From: Hyphochytrium catenoides | Lineage: Eukaryota; Protista; Hyphochytriomycota | Assembly (NCBI GenBank): GCA_900088475.1 | Contig: FLMG01001375.1 | Span: 1,527 to 65,526, forward strand | Length of the DNA stretch: 64,000 nucleotides | Direction: 5' to 3' | Shown: piece by piece, positions 11,457 to 25,335 of the stretch | Layout of the letters: each line of letters begins with the position of its first letter | How positions within the stretch are numbered: the first letter of the stretch is position 1 | Position numbers and translations under genes: made by a program | Notes under the pieces: model-generated | Databases searched by the model: none | Seen by the model: the letters and a program-made list of their open reading frames with translations, nothing else | What the model was told of the DNA's origin: nothing

Positions 11457-14400
11457 ATGGTTGTCGACGTGGCCACTCAGCGGGCTCGACAGGCCAGTAA
11501 GGCCAACCTGAGCACGGTAAGGGCTAACCCATTGTCGCGCAAGACTAAGCTCGGTGATTCTAAAAGTGTCGTTATATCGGCTTTTGGTCCCTCTTCCTCT
11601 GTCGCTCTCGCATTACTTCTTCGCCACTTTCCTTTGTCCTCTCTTAAAAACTCTTATTGCCTTTCTGCTGTCGCTTAACTCCCTTGGTAATTGGTGCGAA
11701 ACCTTCTGCCGTCACGCTGAAAATCACAGCTTCAAGCTCGATATGCCAAGGTAGGAGATCTTTGTTTATCTGGTGCTGTTTAGTCCCTTAGTGCCTCGCC
11801 CCGTTTTCTAGTTTGCTAACCGCCGCCGAAGTCCGGACCCTGCCGCGGATGAGACTGCAAGTGAAGATAATTCTGAGGCCGGCAGAGGTCTCCTTAGCTC
11901 GCCGAAGAAGGTGCGACTTTGAAAGCAATCCAATCCGGGTGTCTGTCTTGTTAGTCTGCAAAATCTGTAAGCTCCGTCTTTCACCCTGTCCTCGGTGCTG
12001 TGCGTCCTCCCCGATATATTCCTAGAGTGGGCCCATAGTTCCTGCCTCGTACTTACATCGCCGGGCGTAGGTTTCTTTTCAGGAAAGGGCGCCAACTCCC
12101 GCGAGCACCTCCTTCCCGCCGCCTTGCTCATGGAAAGGGAGACGGCAGACCCACAATATCTCTGATGCTTCTTTCAGCACAATGGTTGGTCTTCATTCCT
12201 GCTGCCCTTATTTACATCCAATGTACCTCAGGACATACTAAGGCTTCTACCAGAACAAGCTTGCCTGGATAGCTTTGTGTGCATCCCCCTATCTCTCGTC
12301 TTCAACCGCTCTTCAGTATGGACTCCTCAGTTTCTATATAATCTGGTCTCTGCTACTCGAGGCTTTTCTCATACCATACTGCTTGCAGCACGACTATAGT
12401 GACGCTCCGACAGCTGAGCTGACAGAATTATCGGTCGATGGGGGAGATCTGGACCGCTCACGCGAGTCTGTCGACAGCTTTGTCAGTCCTATCGAAGCCA
12501 GGAAACGAGCTCCCCCTGAGGTAGAGAGGAAACCAACAGCAGCTTTTGAAGCTCGTCACGTCTTACGTTCGTCCATTCATCTTTCCCCAATTTACCTGTG
12601 AATACTCCTTTTTTCCTTGTGCGTTGCGTCGTTTGGGCATGGTTTGCTCCAACTCTCCCAACACATGGCTCCCCCTTATCCGTCTACCCAAAGCTGACTC
12701 TCCCACTCTCTCTCGCATTTCTAGAAAGAGGTGACACAGATTGTAGAAAGCATACCTGACAAAGAGCAGAAAAAGACCGCAGCACTTTTGGGAACTCAAC
12801 GGAAAGTCGTCGGTTCGAAAGCTCCCCCACAGCCCGCGTTGTTGCAGGAGGAAGAAGATGCCCGCAAAGCTACAGCTTCTCTTACGTCTACCACCTTGCA
12901 TGAGGCCCAGAGGATTCGACAGGAAGCGGTAGGCAATGTACTTTTTTCGAAGGGCTTACAAAGGCGCATCTGTTGCTAATTTTGATTCTAGGATGAAATT
13001 AAGAGGAAGGCCGAAAGGACGAAGAGCAGAGCTGAGAAAGCAGAGGATGAGCTCCTGCTGTCGCTCCCTTTTGGTGAAAAAAGACCGATCGAGCTCCACA
13101 AAGCAAGGCCTGGACAAAAAGCATTTCTACCTATGTACTGGGAGACTCTTGCTCATGTTAGAGAGGAAGAGGATAATCGGGAGAAGATTCGAGAAAGAAG
13201 AAAGGCTCAGAAAGTCATTGATGAGCTTGAGGAACAGAGAATGAGGGTTGTGGAGACAATCACAGGGTTTGGTAAAATGACAGAACCTCACCCTAAGGTG
13301 CCAGCGTACTTCGTCTGGGACCCAGTGTATGACGTGTGGAAGGATCCGGAGGTATGGCGGCTTCTTCGTCCTCTCAGCACATGGGTCACTAATCTCCAAC
13401 TCTAAGCAGTTGCCTCCTTCGCATCGAGTTGGCTATCTCCTGAAATCTAGTGCTTGTCCATACCTCACTCTGCCTTAAGTCTAGTCCCCATTAGTCACTT
13501 CTTCCGCTCACTCTCTGATTTATCAAACAACCTTCTCCTCTTCTGACGATAATTGCACTTGTAGATCCAGCGCAGAGTTGCCGAGAAGAAAAGGATTGCA
13601 GCAGAGTACAAGCTGCATGTTCAGGAATTTGAGGAGTCACTTGAGAAGGAGGCAAGGAAAAGGAAAGCGAAGGCGTCTGAAGTAGATAACAAGAACCCTT
13701 GCTACTTCGTCTGGCAGCCTGTCTATGACGTGTGGAAGGACCCAGAGGTAAACCCCTCTCTTCCCTTCACAAAGCACAACAAGCCTCAACAAACTTCCTT
13801 GGGTCTTTCCGGTGATGCGTGTCTTATTTCCCTTGATATCTTACTTCCAATGAGAATCCTCCCGTCCTCTCCCTAGCTCAAGTTGTCATACGATTTCATT
13901 TTCTCTATCTCGTCCTTTGTTCTGCGCCACGGATGCCCACTAGATCAAGCGGAGAGAAGAGGAAAAAAGACGACGAGAGGTGGAATATAGGCGCCATATC
14001 AAGGAGTACTTTGACTCTCTGAAAGCCAGCAAGCTACGGAACAAGGCTGCGCAACGAATTCCCGTTGAGTTTGCGTGGGGTCGAGAAGATGAAAGTTATC
14101 TTGAGGAATATGTAGGTGTCAAGTTTGTTAGAGCCAAAAGTGTCGTTGTGCCCCAAGACCTATTTTTCCGTTCTTCATGTGGGCTGGCTTTGAATGGTAT
14201 CGCGTTTTTCTCAGCGTCCTCAGGAAATCTTCTACAGCTGTCTTTGCTGTTCGCTCCTGGTCTTTCTAATTAGTTCTAAGCTGCCTTGCTCATAGTCGTC
14301 CTTACTCATTACGTTGCACTCATTCAGCATAAAGAGATGGCGGAGCTGCATGCGAAACGGATGAGAGACCTAGAGCGGTATAGGAAGAGTATGGAAGAGT

Positions 14401-16407
14401 TCCATGCGTACATGGACAAGGCTGCGAAGATGGCGCCGACAAGAGAGACTGCTGTCCCTTACTTCTTTGCATGGGATAGAGACAAGAAAGTGGTCTCGCA
14501 CAAAAGAAATGCAGAGGATTATAGTCCGATCACTCCTCCATGGACTCCTATCAGCATCAGCAACGAACCTGAGATTGATTACCTCATAGACAGGCAAGAA
14601 AGCGCAGGACCAACTAGGGACGACGCCAATGAGAAGAGAGCTGTGCGATCAGAACCCGAGATCCTCGAGATCAAACCTGAGGAAGTTGCTGTTAAACCAT
14701 CGCCTGATACCACCTCCTCTTCGTCTGCATTTCCAACTCCCGCGACTGGGGCAGTGCATCTGGTGGAGCAACGAGCTGGCGACTATCATGTCTCGCCCAC
14801 AGCTACCTTACCAGCATCCAGCCAGGCCACTCCTTCTGAACGGCTTAGTTTCTCTCAGCGAACGTCACCATCCCAGCCAATCGCTGCTCCACAGCCCCTT
14901 GCTCCTGTACAAATTCAAAGATTCGAAAAGGTGCAAGAACCCAACTCCAGGAATTGGTCACCGTTGAAGGAGGTGGTCAGGGAAAGGGTAAGTACTCCTC
15001 TCCTTTCCTCAAGCAAAACAAGCCAGAAGGATGAGAGATCATTCCATTTCTTCCTCAAGCGCCCTCAATCCATTTCATGCCTTTGACATACTATTTCCTA
15101 TCCCCCTTGGTGAGTTGTCCTCACGCTTTCTTCACCTTCGCTACCACTCTGCTGCACCATCTGCCACCTGCTTACTGTATGTCCCTTCACCACATAGCAT
15201 CTGGGGTCCAAGCACCGGCGTTTTGAGTCGGAAATCAATCCTGGTTACGTCAGAAGGTCCGAGTATATGGATAGGTACAAATGGCCCCTAGAGAGTACCC
15301 CAGAGGGAAATGTGCGCTGCGTCTCGGCACCCGAGAAGATCTTAGTTGGTCCCAAGATAGCTAACTCGGACCATGAAGTTAACGGAAGGCCAATCACTCG
15401 AGGTGAGGATCAAGGCGTTGGACTGCCTACGCTCATTGAGGCTCAACCTGTTCATACCGGAGACGAGGCAGTGAAGATTGCGCAAGAGGTCACGGCTCCA
15501 GTCAAGCGTATCGTCCCTGGCAGTCTTGCTGACTTAGAAAGAAGAAAGAGGGAGAAGCTCGCATGGCTTAAGAGAAAGAAAGAGAGAGAAGACATGATGA
15601 AGAGAATAAGGACCTTGACCCCTGCAGGAAGGCAAGATAAAGTTGCACCTCCTGTTACCAACGTCCCTCATTCCCTTACCTGGGAGGCACCAAAGCCAAC
15701 AGGCAGAACGGTAAGGGACAGCGAAGGCTTTAATTGCTTATCCGCACTGCAGCCACGCTGACAACCTCCTCTCTGTTTTTCTTTTGCTCTTCCAAAGAGG
15801 GAACAAGCACTGAACGAAATGAAGCTAGAAGACCTTAGGGACATTAGCCGAATTACTTCTCTAAACTCTGCAAGTCTTAGAAACGGCGGCGCCAGCCCCA
15901 AGCCTCCTCTTTCGCCTTCTCACTCGATTTCGTCTAGCTTGATCTCTAACACTTCTAAAGCTTCAACCTTGAGCAGAGAGAGTCAAAAGATTCCTCGGTG
16001 GCGGCCCAAGGTAGGATCCTTCTATGTTCTGCGCGATCTTGACGAGGAGCAAGACGATGTAGACAAAGTTCTTGCACATCCTGTTTCCATTCTTAACCCG
16101 TTATGTCTCTTTTTTTGACTGCTTTGGGCCCATCTCCCCCTCTCCCGCCGGCTACACCTCTGCTTGTACTTGGGTGGACGCTGAGCCTCAGTTTGCTGAC
16201 GAGCTCCCCTCTGGACTTCTCTCATTTTATCTGCGCCTTCGGTCTCGGTGTAGCTTATGCTTCGTCATACTAATATTTCTGCTTTTCTTGTTGACCCGTT
16301 CACACCAGGGTTGGAGGGAGTTCATGAAGAGCCCTATTCTCCAAAATCCGCGCTATCCGGTATACTCGGAGGCCGAGCGATTCACTCGTACGTCGAGGAG
16401 CATGTAG
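11457..16407 (+). CDS. Uncharacterised multi-exon protein with ~60-aa PxYFxW...(VYDVWKDPE) helical repeats
   Basis: Spliced frame MVVDVATQRARQASKANLST|LQARYAK|FANRRRSPDP..., then repeats PAYFVWDPVYDVWKDPE / PCYFVWQPVYDVWKDPE / PVEFAWG / VPYFFAWD, then a S/P-rich region, ending ...GWREFMKSPILQNPRYPVYSEAERFTRTSRSM*. Canonical GT-AG junctions. Confidence 0.7.
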
Positions 16408-16770
16408 TCTCCAAGTCTTAGGCAGTGTTGTCTTCTAGTTCACCATTATATTACGGCTCACGCAGGCCTAGGCCGCTGTAGCTCCTCCAGGAATGCATTA
16501 GTTAAGAGAGTGAGCGCCGTTATGCTTTCTTTTTTGAGCGATAGATCCCCCTAGGATGTCAAAACAACATCGGAGGAGGTGACTATGCTCTCTATCGTCG
16601 CCCTTCCTGTCCGAAGAGAGAGAGGGAGTGAAATGCGAAGAGGTAACCTCGTTGGGAATCGAAGGTCCACCAACGGAGACCAGTCCTAGAGAACTAGAGC
16701 TTTGGAGTATGAGTTACTCGTCTCTACAACTAATCTGTAGCCGTGTTTGGAGGGAGGTTGTTTTTTTTTC

Positions 16771-19700
16771 TTACGCTTCTCGCAGGTAACTCTCAATCAC
16801 TCGGTCGGCTCTCCTCACCCTCCTGTGTAGCATAAGTGGAGGAACATCCAACAGGCGCGCACAGTGGTCCAGTAGCAGGCTATAACAGCGATGAAAGGAG
16901 CCTTGGGGGTCCACGGTATCCTTGTATAGGGGGAAGAAGTAGACATCATTCGCTCTCTGCACCTCCTGCTCACTCTGTTTGCTACGTCCATTCCCGCGAC
17001 CACTGTCGTCCTCAGAGAGAAAAGAGAGCCGGACAGGGTGTTGATGACCTAAGTCAACTCCTCTGCCTGACTCTGTCTCCCCTGTCAATCGTCGTAAGAA
17101 GTCGATATGATCTTCTTGATCTTGATGTCCCGCCTCTCCGGCGTAGATGCCGGTTTCGGCAAAGCTTGTATATCTGCTGAGCTCCTCTCTCTCCATGTTT
17201 TGGATGTCGTCGTAGGTCCAGGGGATAGGTTGCTCCTCCACTAAGTGCAGCATGCGCTCTAATTCAGCGATATCATGCTGTCTCCGTCTTTCTTTATCTC
17301 GGCTCTTAGCTTTGACAAAAGAAGGAAGAAGGGCACAGCAGTCACCTGAGCACGTTGTTCTACCGTCAAAATAGGCGAACTTATGCCAATGTGGAAGAAG
17401 CTTTGTCGAAAGGATTACTAGGGCCATGACATCTAATGCGGATTGTGGTCGTAGCTTGTCTAGGAAGACACTTCGAGAGCGATATCCTGCCTCCAAAAAG
17501 TTCTGTGCCGGAGTGACTAGCTAAGGAAGTGGAGTAAGTACCATGAATAGGTGCATGGGAAGGTTAAGAACAAAGAAATACAGCAGGGAAGAGGCGAATG
17601 AGGATTGGGCTGAGATAGGACGAGAGCAGAAACAGCACACATTAGCGAGGAAGTGCACGTGGACAGAAAAGCATGGCAACGAAGAAGACAAAGAAAGAGA
17701 TAAGATTAAATCGTCCATGCGCAAATGTATGGGCAACTTAGAGGCTACGACTGGCATCGCACTTTGAGCTGAGGCAACCGGAGCCAGGAAATGAGGATCG
17801 CAAACGATCCAGATAACATGCAGCTTAAGGACCAGCGGAAGTAGAGACTAAGCCTTCCTGTGCTCAATAAGTAGTTGTAAACAGAAATCTCTCCGATTAC
17901 TGTCGCATACCTGTTCATATTTCTTTAAGACTGTGGAAGGGAGGCCAAGTCGGTAAACTAGCTCCGCTCCTAGCGCCATTACCTCGTAGGGAGGTGGTGG
18001 GCTTAAACCCAAGGTAGAAGAGATATGCTCCATCATCAGACTGAGTCGAGAAGAAGAGACAACTCTTCTTGGCCGGAAAACCTCCCGGGCTTTGCGCACC
18101 TTCCGTTGAAGAGGGGCAGGTAGCATAGAGAAGGAACCAAAGTATGGCAGCTCCCCATTGAGAACGAAAGAGAGAAGAAAGGAGGGGACGATAGGGAGCC
18201 GGAGAGAGCGACAACAATAAAACAGAATGGCCAGTAACACGGGAAGACGAGGCCTAAGTTGTGCTCGAGCCGAGAACTTCCCTCTGAAGCCACTTCGACC
18301 TTCCAGCTTGTTCCTCTCTGCTTCAGCTTCGTCCGTCTTTCTCCCACTTCTCTCATTCGCATCCCCTTTTCTTCGAGAATCTTTGTCGCTGTCCTCCTCT
18401 TCTAGCTCCAGCTGCTCTTCATCGTTTTCCTGGTCTCCATCTTGTGCTAAGACAACCAGGCGAGAGAGAGAAAGAGAGCTTAAGGCTTGAAACGACAGAA
18501 AGCAGGTCTCCAAGCTCTATGACGAAATAAATGCCGAAGATCTCAGAAGACCAAGAGTCCACAGCGTTAAGATTTAAAACCGGGTCATCGACGTCAAATA
18601 GCGGCGACAAGCGAAGGCAAGCTCACCTCTCTCATCTTCTGTCTCACTCTCTGCATCTCCTTCCTTCTTACTATAACGATTGCGTGTGATAGAGGTGAAT
18701 GCCTCCACCAGCTCCACGTAAGAGAGCTCCTGTTGCCACCAGCGGACAAGGCTGCACCAGCAGCGCTCTACCAGAAGCTCGAAGTTGAGAACTGCTTGCT
18801 CTTCGAGCTTGAGAAGAGGGATGAGTGCATTTGTCTGAAGCTTTAGGGTGAACTGCAGAGCCTCGAGACATGCCAGGGGAGAAATCTCCTTGTCTTCAGT
18901 CTACATCGTGCGGAGAGAGCCAGAAAAACAAGTGAGTGAATGCTTACTTTTGTCAGATGGGAGAAAGAGCGAGATAGACGCAAGAGATTAGGTGACTGAA
19001 GGAAGCTTGACAGAGACAGAAAGAAGGAACGACCAACAGAGATTGGACGGAGAAAGAGAAACTGGAAGCGGCAGAGAGGAAGAGGAAGAGACAACAGCAC
19101 TGGAAGAGACGAGGAAGAGTGACCAAGTAACACAAACGTGAAAGAGAGAGGAAATAAGCGTCAAGAGGCATAGCAATAAGGGTAAAGGGTGACAGAGGAC
19201 ATAGAATAGTGGCGTTCAACACAAGGATTGCGTTACAAGGTGTTTTCATAGGCGAGCTAATCAGGTAAAGAAGTGAGATCATGATACAGAATACGCATGA
19301 TTAGCCTATGAGAGCTAGAAGAGTAACGAAGAGGGGCTGAAGGTGCTACTGCGAGACGAAAGAAGAGGAAGAGAGAGAGAGAGGGTGAGATTAAGCTGGA
19401 GGTGACTGGGAAAGAGCGGGGAGAACGGAGAAGATGACACTGCAGTAGAGGTGCCAAACCTGATCTTCCGTTTGCTGTCTCAAGCTCTTCTGGCTGACTT
19501 TACGCGTGATAACTCGGCCACGAATACGGGCAATCTGCCCTCCATCATCAGCCTAGTGCCCCAGGTTGGGCGAGAGAGATCGGGGAGGAGAAAGGGCAGA
19601 GGAGCAGATAAGGGGAGCGTAAGCAGAGGGAAGAGGACGAGGGAGAGACACAGAGGCAGAGAGGCGGAAAGAGAGAGAAAGAGACAGAGACAAAGAGAGG

Positions 19701-20050
19701 CAGAGAGAGAGAGAGCATGCATAAGAAAAGAGCGAAAGCTTAAATAAGAAAAGAAGGGTTAAGCATAGCAAAAGGAAAGACACTACCAAGCAATCAGCTC
19801 AGAGAAAGTTCCCAAGAAAGAGAGAGAGTTTCGCCATGAGGATTTGACCGTAGAGAGTGAGAGCAGTGGAAGAGAGACCTCCTCTCCTCGAACGGAGACA
19901 AGATCTGAGACTAATCACAAAGGAACTCACCTCAAGCCGCTCTGTCCTGCCTTCATAGTGGCGAGTTCCGCACTCCTCACAGACGAGCTCTCCAAGATCA
20001 TTCTCACTGAAGCAATCTATGGCCCGGCAGGTGAAGCAGATCAGAGGCAT
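16771..20050 (-). CDS. TAF1B: RNA polymerase I initiation factor Rrn7/TAF1B-like (Zn ribbon plus cyclin folds), multi-exon
   Basis: N-terminal MPLICFTC-x-GELVCEECG zinc ribbon, an exon with CLEALQFTLKLQTNALI, and the motif PVLLAILFYCCRSLRLPIVPSFLLSFVLNGELPY typical of Rrn7. Confidence 0.75.
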
Positions 20051-20592
20051 CGAGCGGAACAGCCGTCGACGAGACGGACACCTAAAAGCCCGTCCAGCGA
20101 TTCTCACGCAGCTCGCGAGCTATTGAGACCAGAGATCTGGACAGGTAGAAACAATCGCTATGGGATTCGAGGGAGAGGGAAGGTGGGAGAAGGTCGGCCA
20201 GGCCATTGACCTGACTGAAGATGGCAAGCAGTAGAGCTGCTGTGTCAGGTGATGCGCGAAGGGAAGAGCAGCTGAGACGGCGATGAGAAGCTTCAGAATT
20301 GATAAGCCTAGCCGCTAACGGCTGGAGGTCATGTTGCCTCTCGTCTCTTTCTTGCTCTTATTTCTCTGTCTCCACCTCCATCATCTCGACCTCCTCTCCT
20401 GAGGCTGGCTGCTCCGTAGGGTGCTTTCTCTCTCTTCAGTCTCACATCTTTCCTTTCTCTCTCGTATCACCAGCGCCTCCTCTCGCCTCTCTTTGCTCTC
20501 CTTGGCTCCCATCCTCCCTCAAGGCGGCACTCAGCCTCGGCCTGGGTGATCTCAGGGCAAACTCGTGCCAGCTACACTTTGTCCCTCTGCAG

Positions 20593-23500
20593 AAGCATGG
20601 CGAAGCGCCTGACGAGCACGAGGTACAAGGATGCAAGATGCTCTGCTCTGCCTCGTTGTCGTTGCTGTTTCTCTCTCTCTGTCTCTCTCTTTCTTTGTGG
20701 CTGTCCACTTCTTGTCCCTTACCCCTTCTGATGGCACCTATTGCGTGCGTTCATTCTTATCTCATTCCCTCTGCTCTCATAGGCTCATTCGTCTTCTATA
20801 TACCTTTCACTGTCCTCTCTCTCTCTCCCTGCTTTCTCTCTCTTTCTCTCCCTCTACCTGTCCCTTGACAATGTCTCCTCGTGTCGGGGATTATCTTTCC
20901 CGCGCTGATACCTCCTTTTCCTGTCTCCTCTGGACCATTGAAGCGTCAACTATGGCCGAGCTTTGCCAAGAGCTGTTCGTCCTGCGCATTGCCCTCTCTA
21001 CGTTCCTAGCTCTTCTCTCCTAGACGGGAAATTTGCTCAAAGCAGAGCCGCGGCCTCCTCCTGGGCTGCACTGGCAACCTTGAACCAGTTAAAGGAGAAG
21101 TATGCCCAGAGACCTAGTGGAAAGCTTGGCGGCATTTCATCCATCATTCCATCCTCTCGAGGGAAGCAGGCAGCCTCTTCCAATCAGCTGTCGTCTCTTG
21201 AAAGCTTTGCTCTGCGTCTCTCTCTCCTCTCTGAACCACGAGTTGGGGGCTCTCTCTCTTCACATGCTGTGGAACACGTTCTTGGCAGCTTCAAAGCTGT
21301 CATAGAAGAAAAAGACCCTGAAGATGTTCCGTTTAATCTGCTTCTGGATCTTCTGAAGGTGCGCTTAAGCTCCCGGTCCCGGTCCCTAAAGCACGATCAT
21401 TGCCTTTCTCCCCCTTCCCCTTACTTACTCTTCCCTCTCCTGCTTTCACATCTTCTCCCATTGCCCTTCGCCGGCACCGACCAATCGGTGTCTCCTCTTG
21501 CTCTGCGTGTGCTACCTACTCACTCTCATTCGTGGTTACCTCCACTCCCCTCCAAGAATGGCTAGGCCTCTTAAGCTGGCTGGTGGCTCATCCTCTGACT
21601 GTTATTTTAGGTCTCTCTTCAGACTGACCAGAAGATATTTGGGGAAGCATTAACGCAAGATCTTCTTGCGCTTTGTTCATCCTCTCTTGGTGGCGACTCC
21701 TCCCTGAAGGGAACGGCAGAGCTGTTTCTCATCCTCTCAAGAGCACAAGAAAGCTTCTCTGCGGAACTCATTCATAAATCCTACGATATCTTTGTAGCCT
21801 CCCTGAAGGAGGTAGGAATTGAATGAACAGAGGAGATTGAGACATAAGGTTGAAAGGGTGAGGGCCTGTGGGGAGAAACAGAAAGGCGAAAGGATAGTCA
21901 TAGATTCTCTGCTTGTAATGGTCTGACACTACTGTTTCGAAGTGGCATACGACTCTCGTCGTTGCTGATATCTACTGCCATTGACCTGACCTTCTCTTCA
22001 CAAGGTCTCAGTCCATCACCTCTGTTTCCGTTCATTTAAATCAGACGCCAGAGGAGCAGAAGAGAGAGCAGGAGGAGCTAATTGCCCAGGCCTTCACCAG
22101 AGCTTTTGAACGCCTGCCCCGCGAAGGGACCCAAGTGCATCAGCTGGCGCCAGTTGAGAAGATCCTCAACGACCTGGAGACTCTATTTCCTGCATCTGCT
22201 CTGCTTCCACCCTCTAGCGCTTACCCTCTTTACCAGGCAGCAGTAAGGGCGTCCACAAATCCATTCCTTGCAGAAGGACACGAAGGTTAGTCAGCCGACA
22301 AGTTATCTATTTTCAGCTATCGCACTGGTTCACGATCTAGACTTACCTGATGCCTCAACAAGACGTTGCAGAAACGGATCCGATGCTTCTTCTGAAGTGT
22401 TTGGATAAGGGAAAGCCCATTGCCGATATCGCCCCCACTCTACTGATGGAAAGAGTTATGGGCTTGTTAGCACGAGTGACCCAACGGTTGCGGGTACCGA
22501 AAGAGAAGAGAGAAGAGGCTCTTCTGGAGGTCATCTCTCCACTACTTTCAAATGCAGAAAGTGATTCCGAACGAGTCATGCTTCTTCAACAGAGCCTTAC
22601 TACCTTCGACCTGACCTTCTCTTCCCCATTAGCGGATCTTCTTCTCTATGCTTTGCCTGGCTCTATTGGTTGTTCTCGCACCTTTGTTGCCGAGCTGGAA
22701 AAGGCGTTTTCATGGTCTCAGAAGCGCACCACAGACGGCTTCAATGACTCGGCTGGCCGGACATTTGCCCTCATTCCTCGTGTCGCAACGCTAGGGGAAA
22801 GACGGAGATTGTATGCGGAGGTAAGCTTGCATCGCCCCACACGTGCGTTGGAAGTGCACGTTAAATGGCAGGACTGACCATAATGAATACAGGGCTGCCA
22901 TCGACAATATCTAGGTGACAAGGGGCAAGACAACCCTCTCCCATCTGCGTCCCCTTTGGACAATCAGATTCTCGCAGCTGCTGCCTGCGCATATTTCAGC
23001 GATACACTTAGGCTTCTAAGAGAAAAGTATATTTGGCATGGGAAGGTGGACACAGAGGTACAGAGTTCACCAGACCCTTAGCTCCCCTGAGCTCTTGCAC
23101 ATCGTGGCTTGTTGGTCCTCTTCGCTTCCCATGTTGCTCACCTTGCATCCAATCACAGTGCTACCCTGTAATGAATTATCTACTTAGCCTGATACTTTAT
23201 GGAGGTTCGATCTTTTTCCTACCTCCGGGCGTCTATTGTCTAATATTCCTACTTTCGTAGCTTTTGTTGGGTTGTTCGGCCTGTTCTCCGCCGACCAGTG
23301 TCACTAACTTATTTATGGTATCGTCTACCGTTCCCCAGATGTTCGGCACGGTTCTGGACATGTTCGCAAAGCAAGTCGCGGAGGGTGCGATGGATGCCTC
23401 GGTCTTATCGTCTGTGTTCTTAGATATCCTAGAGACAATGGAGGTAAGGTTCGCGCCAGTACCCTCAAAAATCATTTGTTTAGTGTGGGTGGAACCACCG

Positions 23501-25335
23501 GGGCAGAGGTAGAGAGGATGACGATAAGCACGGGACATATAGCTTTCAGAGCGATCAAAGAGGTAAACTAGCGGATCACGGAGGCCAACAAAGGTCCGGT
23601 GGCGAAGCCGCTTTCACCGTTATGGATTATAGAAGGAGGAGCTTTGAACGTGAGAAACGGACCATAGGCGGGACCTTAGTCGAAACTGAGATAAAGCCAT
23701 ACCCGGTCATACTAGGACTGTGACCTCGTACTGACGCCGAAGATAGTGGAAAGACTTGCTTCCATGCTTCAAGATGCCCTCAAGCGAAATACGAAGGATC
23801 GTGACTCCGAGGTCCGTGAGCTTTACTCTCCCTTTTAAAAAGTTAGGCTTCTCCGTCAGAGGCAGGCACAATGTAGAGGTTACGGTTTATAACGGAGAGT
23901 AAGGGGTAGATGTCTGCATGAGAGCGGTGACAGCCATGACCAATCTCATGTCTGCATGATCTTAAGGATCTGGAATGTCAAAACTCCTTTAACATCTCTC
24001 CTTTTTTTTTCTGTAGCTAGCCGCGGATGATCCAACAACGGCGGATTATACCTCTCCCATGGTGGCAGAGTTAAATGACGTGATCAACCGCTTGCAGGAG
24101 GAGATACTTTGGCTGGAAGGCGGACTCTCCCTGACGTGGAAAGACAAACTGCTAGGGCTTCACGCTTTAACGGGAAACGCTGAAGCCGCAATCGGGGTGA
24201 GTCCCTGGGCCATTTGAGAAAGTTCTTTACCGATGGGCTAGCAATACATCAGGGATGGCTGGGTTGCGGAGGCGCTAAGGCACAATAGGACATACGGTAG
24301 GGTTCATCGTGGAGCTAACGGTTGACTACTGCAGTTCTTCTGGTCCATCTTACAAGGCCCGGAGAGACCGAAGCTATCATTGCCTGGAATGGTAGGTCTC
24401 GTATCTGCTGTCTTTGGCTAGGCTGCATTCGATTACTTCTCGCGAGTGGGCCCCTCCTCTCACCTCCGAGGTTATTAGATGGTCGGACCGTGCTGGGACC
24501 AGGGGTTATGCTCAATCCTATTTGCTCTGATTAACCTCTTATACTGCTTGGTTCTGTCCTTGTTTTATCAGGAAACTCTCTTCCACCTGTTGCTTCGGAA
24601 TGCCGAGTCCCAGCCTAGTGCATATGGGAACATCGAGAACTTGCTACAACAGATGCATAATAAGGGCATAGGACCATGTATGGATCCAATGATGCCTTAT
24701 TGCCTTTCACGGTCCTTACCTTTCTTACTACCCTCCACGATCCCATAACAATCTTTGCTCTCTAGCTGTCTCTACGCGTACCTGGCTTCTTTACTCTGCC
24801 TTTATTACCGCCTACCCATCTACTGATCCTTTTAGATGCGTTAAAGCTTTCCGTGGACTCAGTTAGAACGATTGGTACCTGTCTCCTCTGTAGAGGTTGC
24901 TATCATGCCTCTGTGCTGCCTGGCGAGAAAGTTCCTCCTTGTGCTGGACTTTGCTCTCATCTAACGCCCAGCCTTCTCCCAGCTCCCTTTTTACTGCACG
25001 AGGTGACTTTGTTCATGGCGTTGCATGGTAAAATGGACTACAGTGCGGCTCTAAGCTTCTTGGAGCAATTTAGCACCATGTATAACGTTAGGCCATTAGA
25101 GGTAAGCCATCGGTTAGACTAAGACCCAATGGGAGACCAAACTAGCTGATCTGTGTAAGCTCATCAGGACACTTTTGTGCGAGTCCTCCTCCAGCTCAGA
25201 GACCGAGAAGACAGGGCGGAGGTCCGTCGTCTAGTTACCGTTCTTAAAAAAGGAAAAGGGTTCTCCCCTGGTTTCCTCTGGTGGATTGACACACTAAATT
25301 CCAGTTGTCAGCGGAGATCAGCCATAAGGAGATAA
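20593..25335 (+). CDS. Large alpha-helical repeat protein, PPR-like; start codon not resolved
   Basis: A chain of phase-compatible exons encodes amphipathic helices, including PPR-like segments (LFHLLLRNA...ENLLQQMHNKGIGP; AALSFLEQFSTMYNVRP). Probable stop TAA at 25333-25335. Confidence 0.5.
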
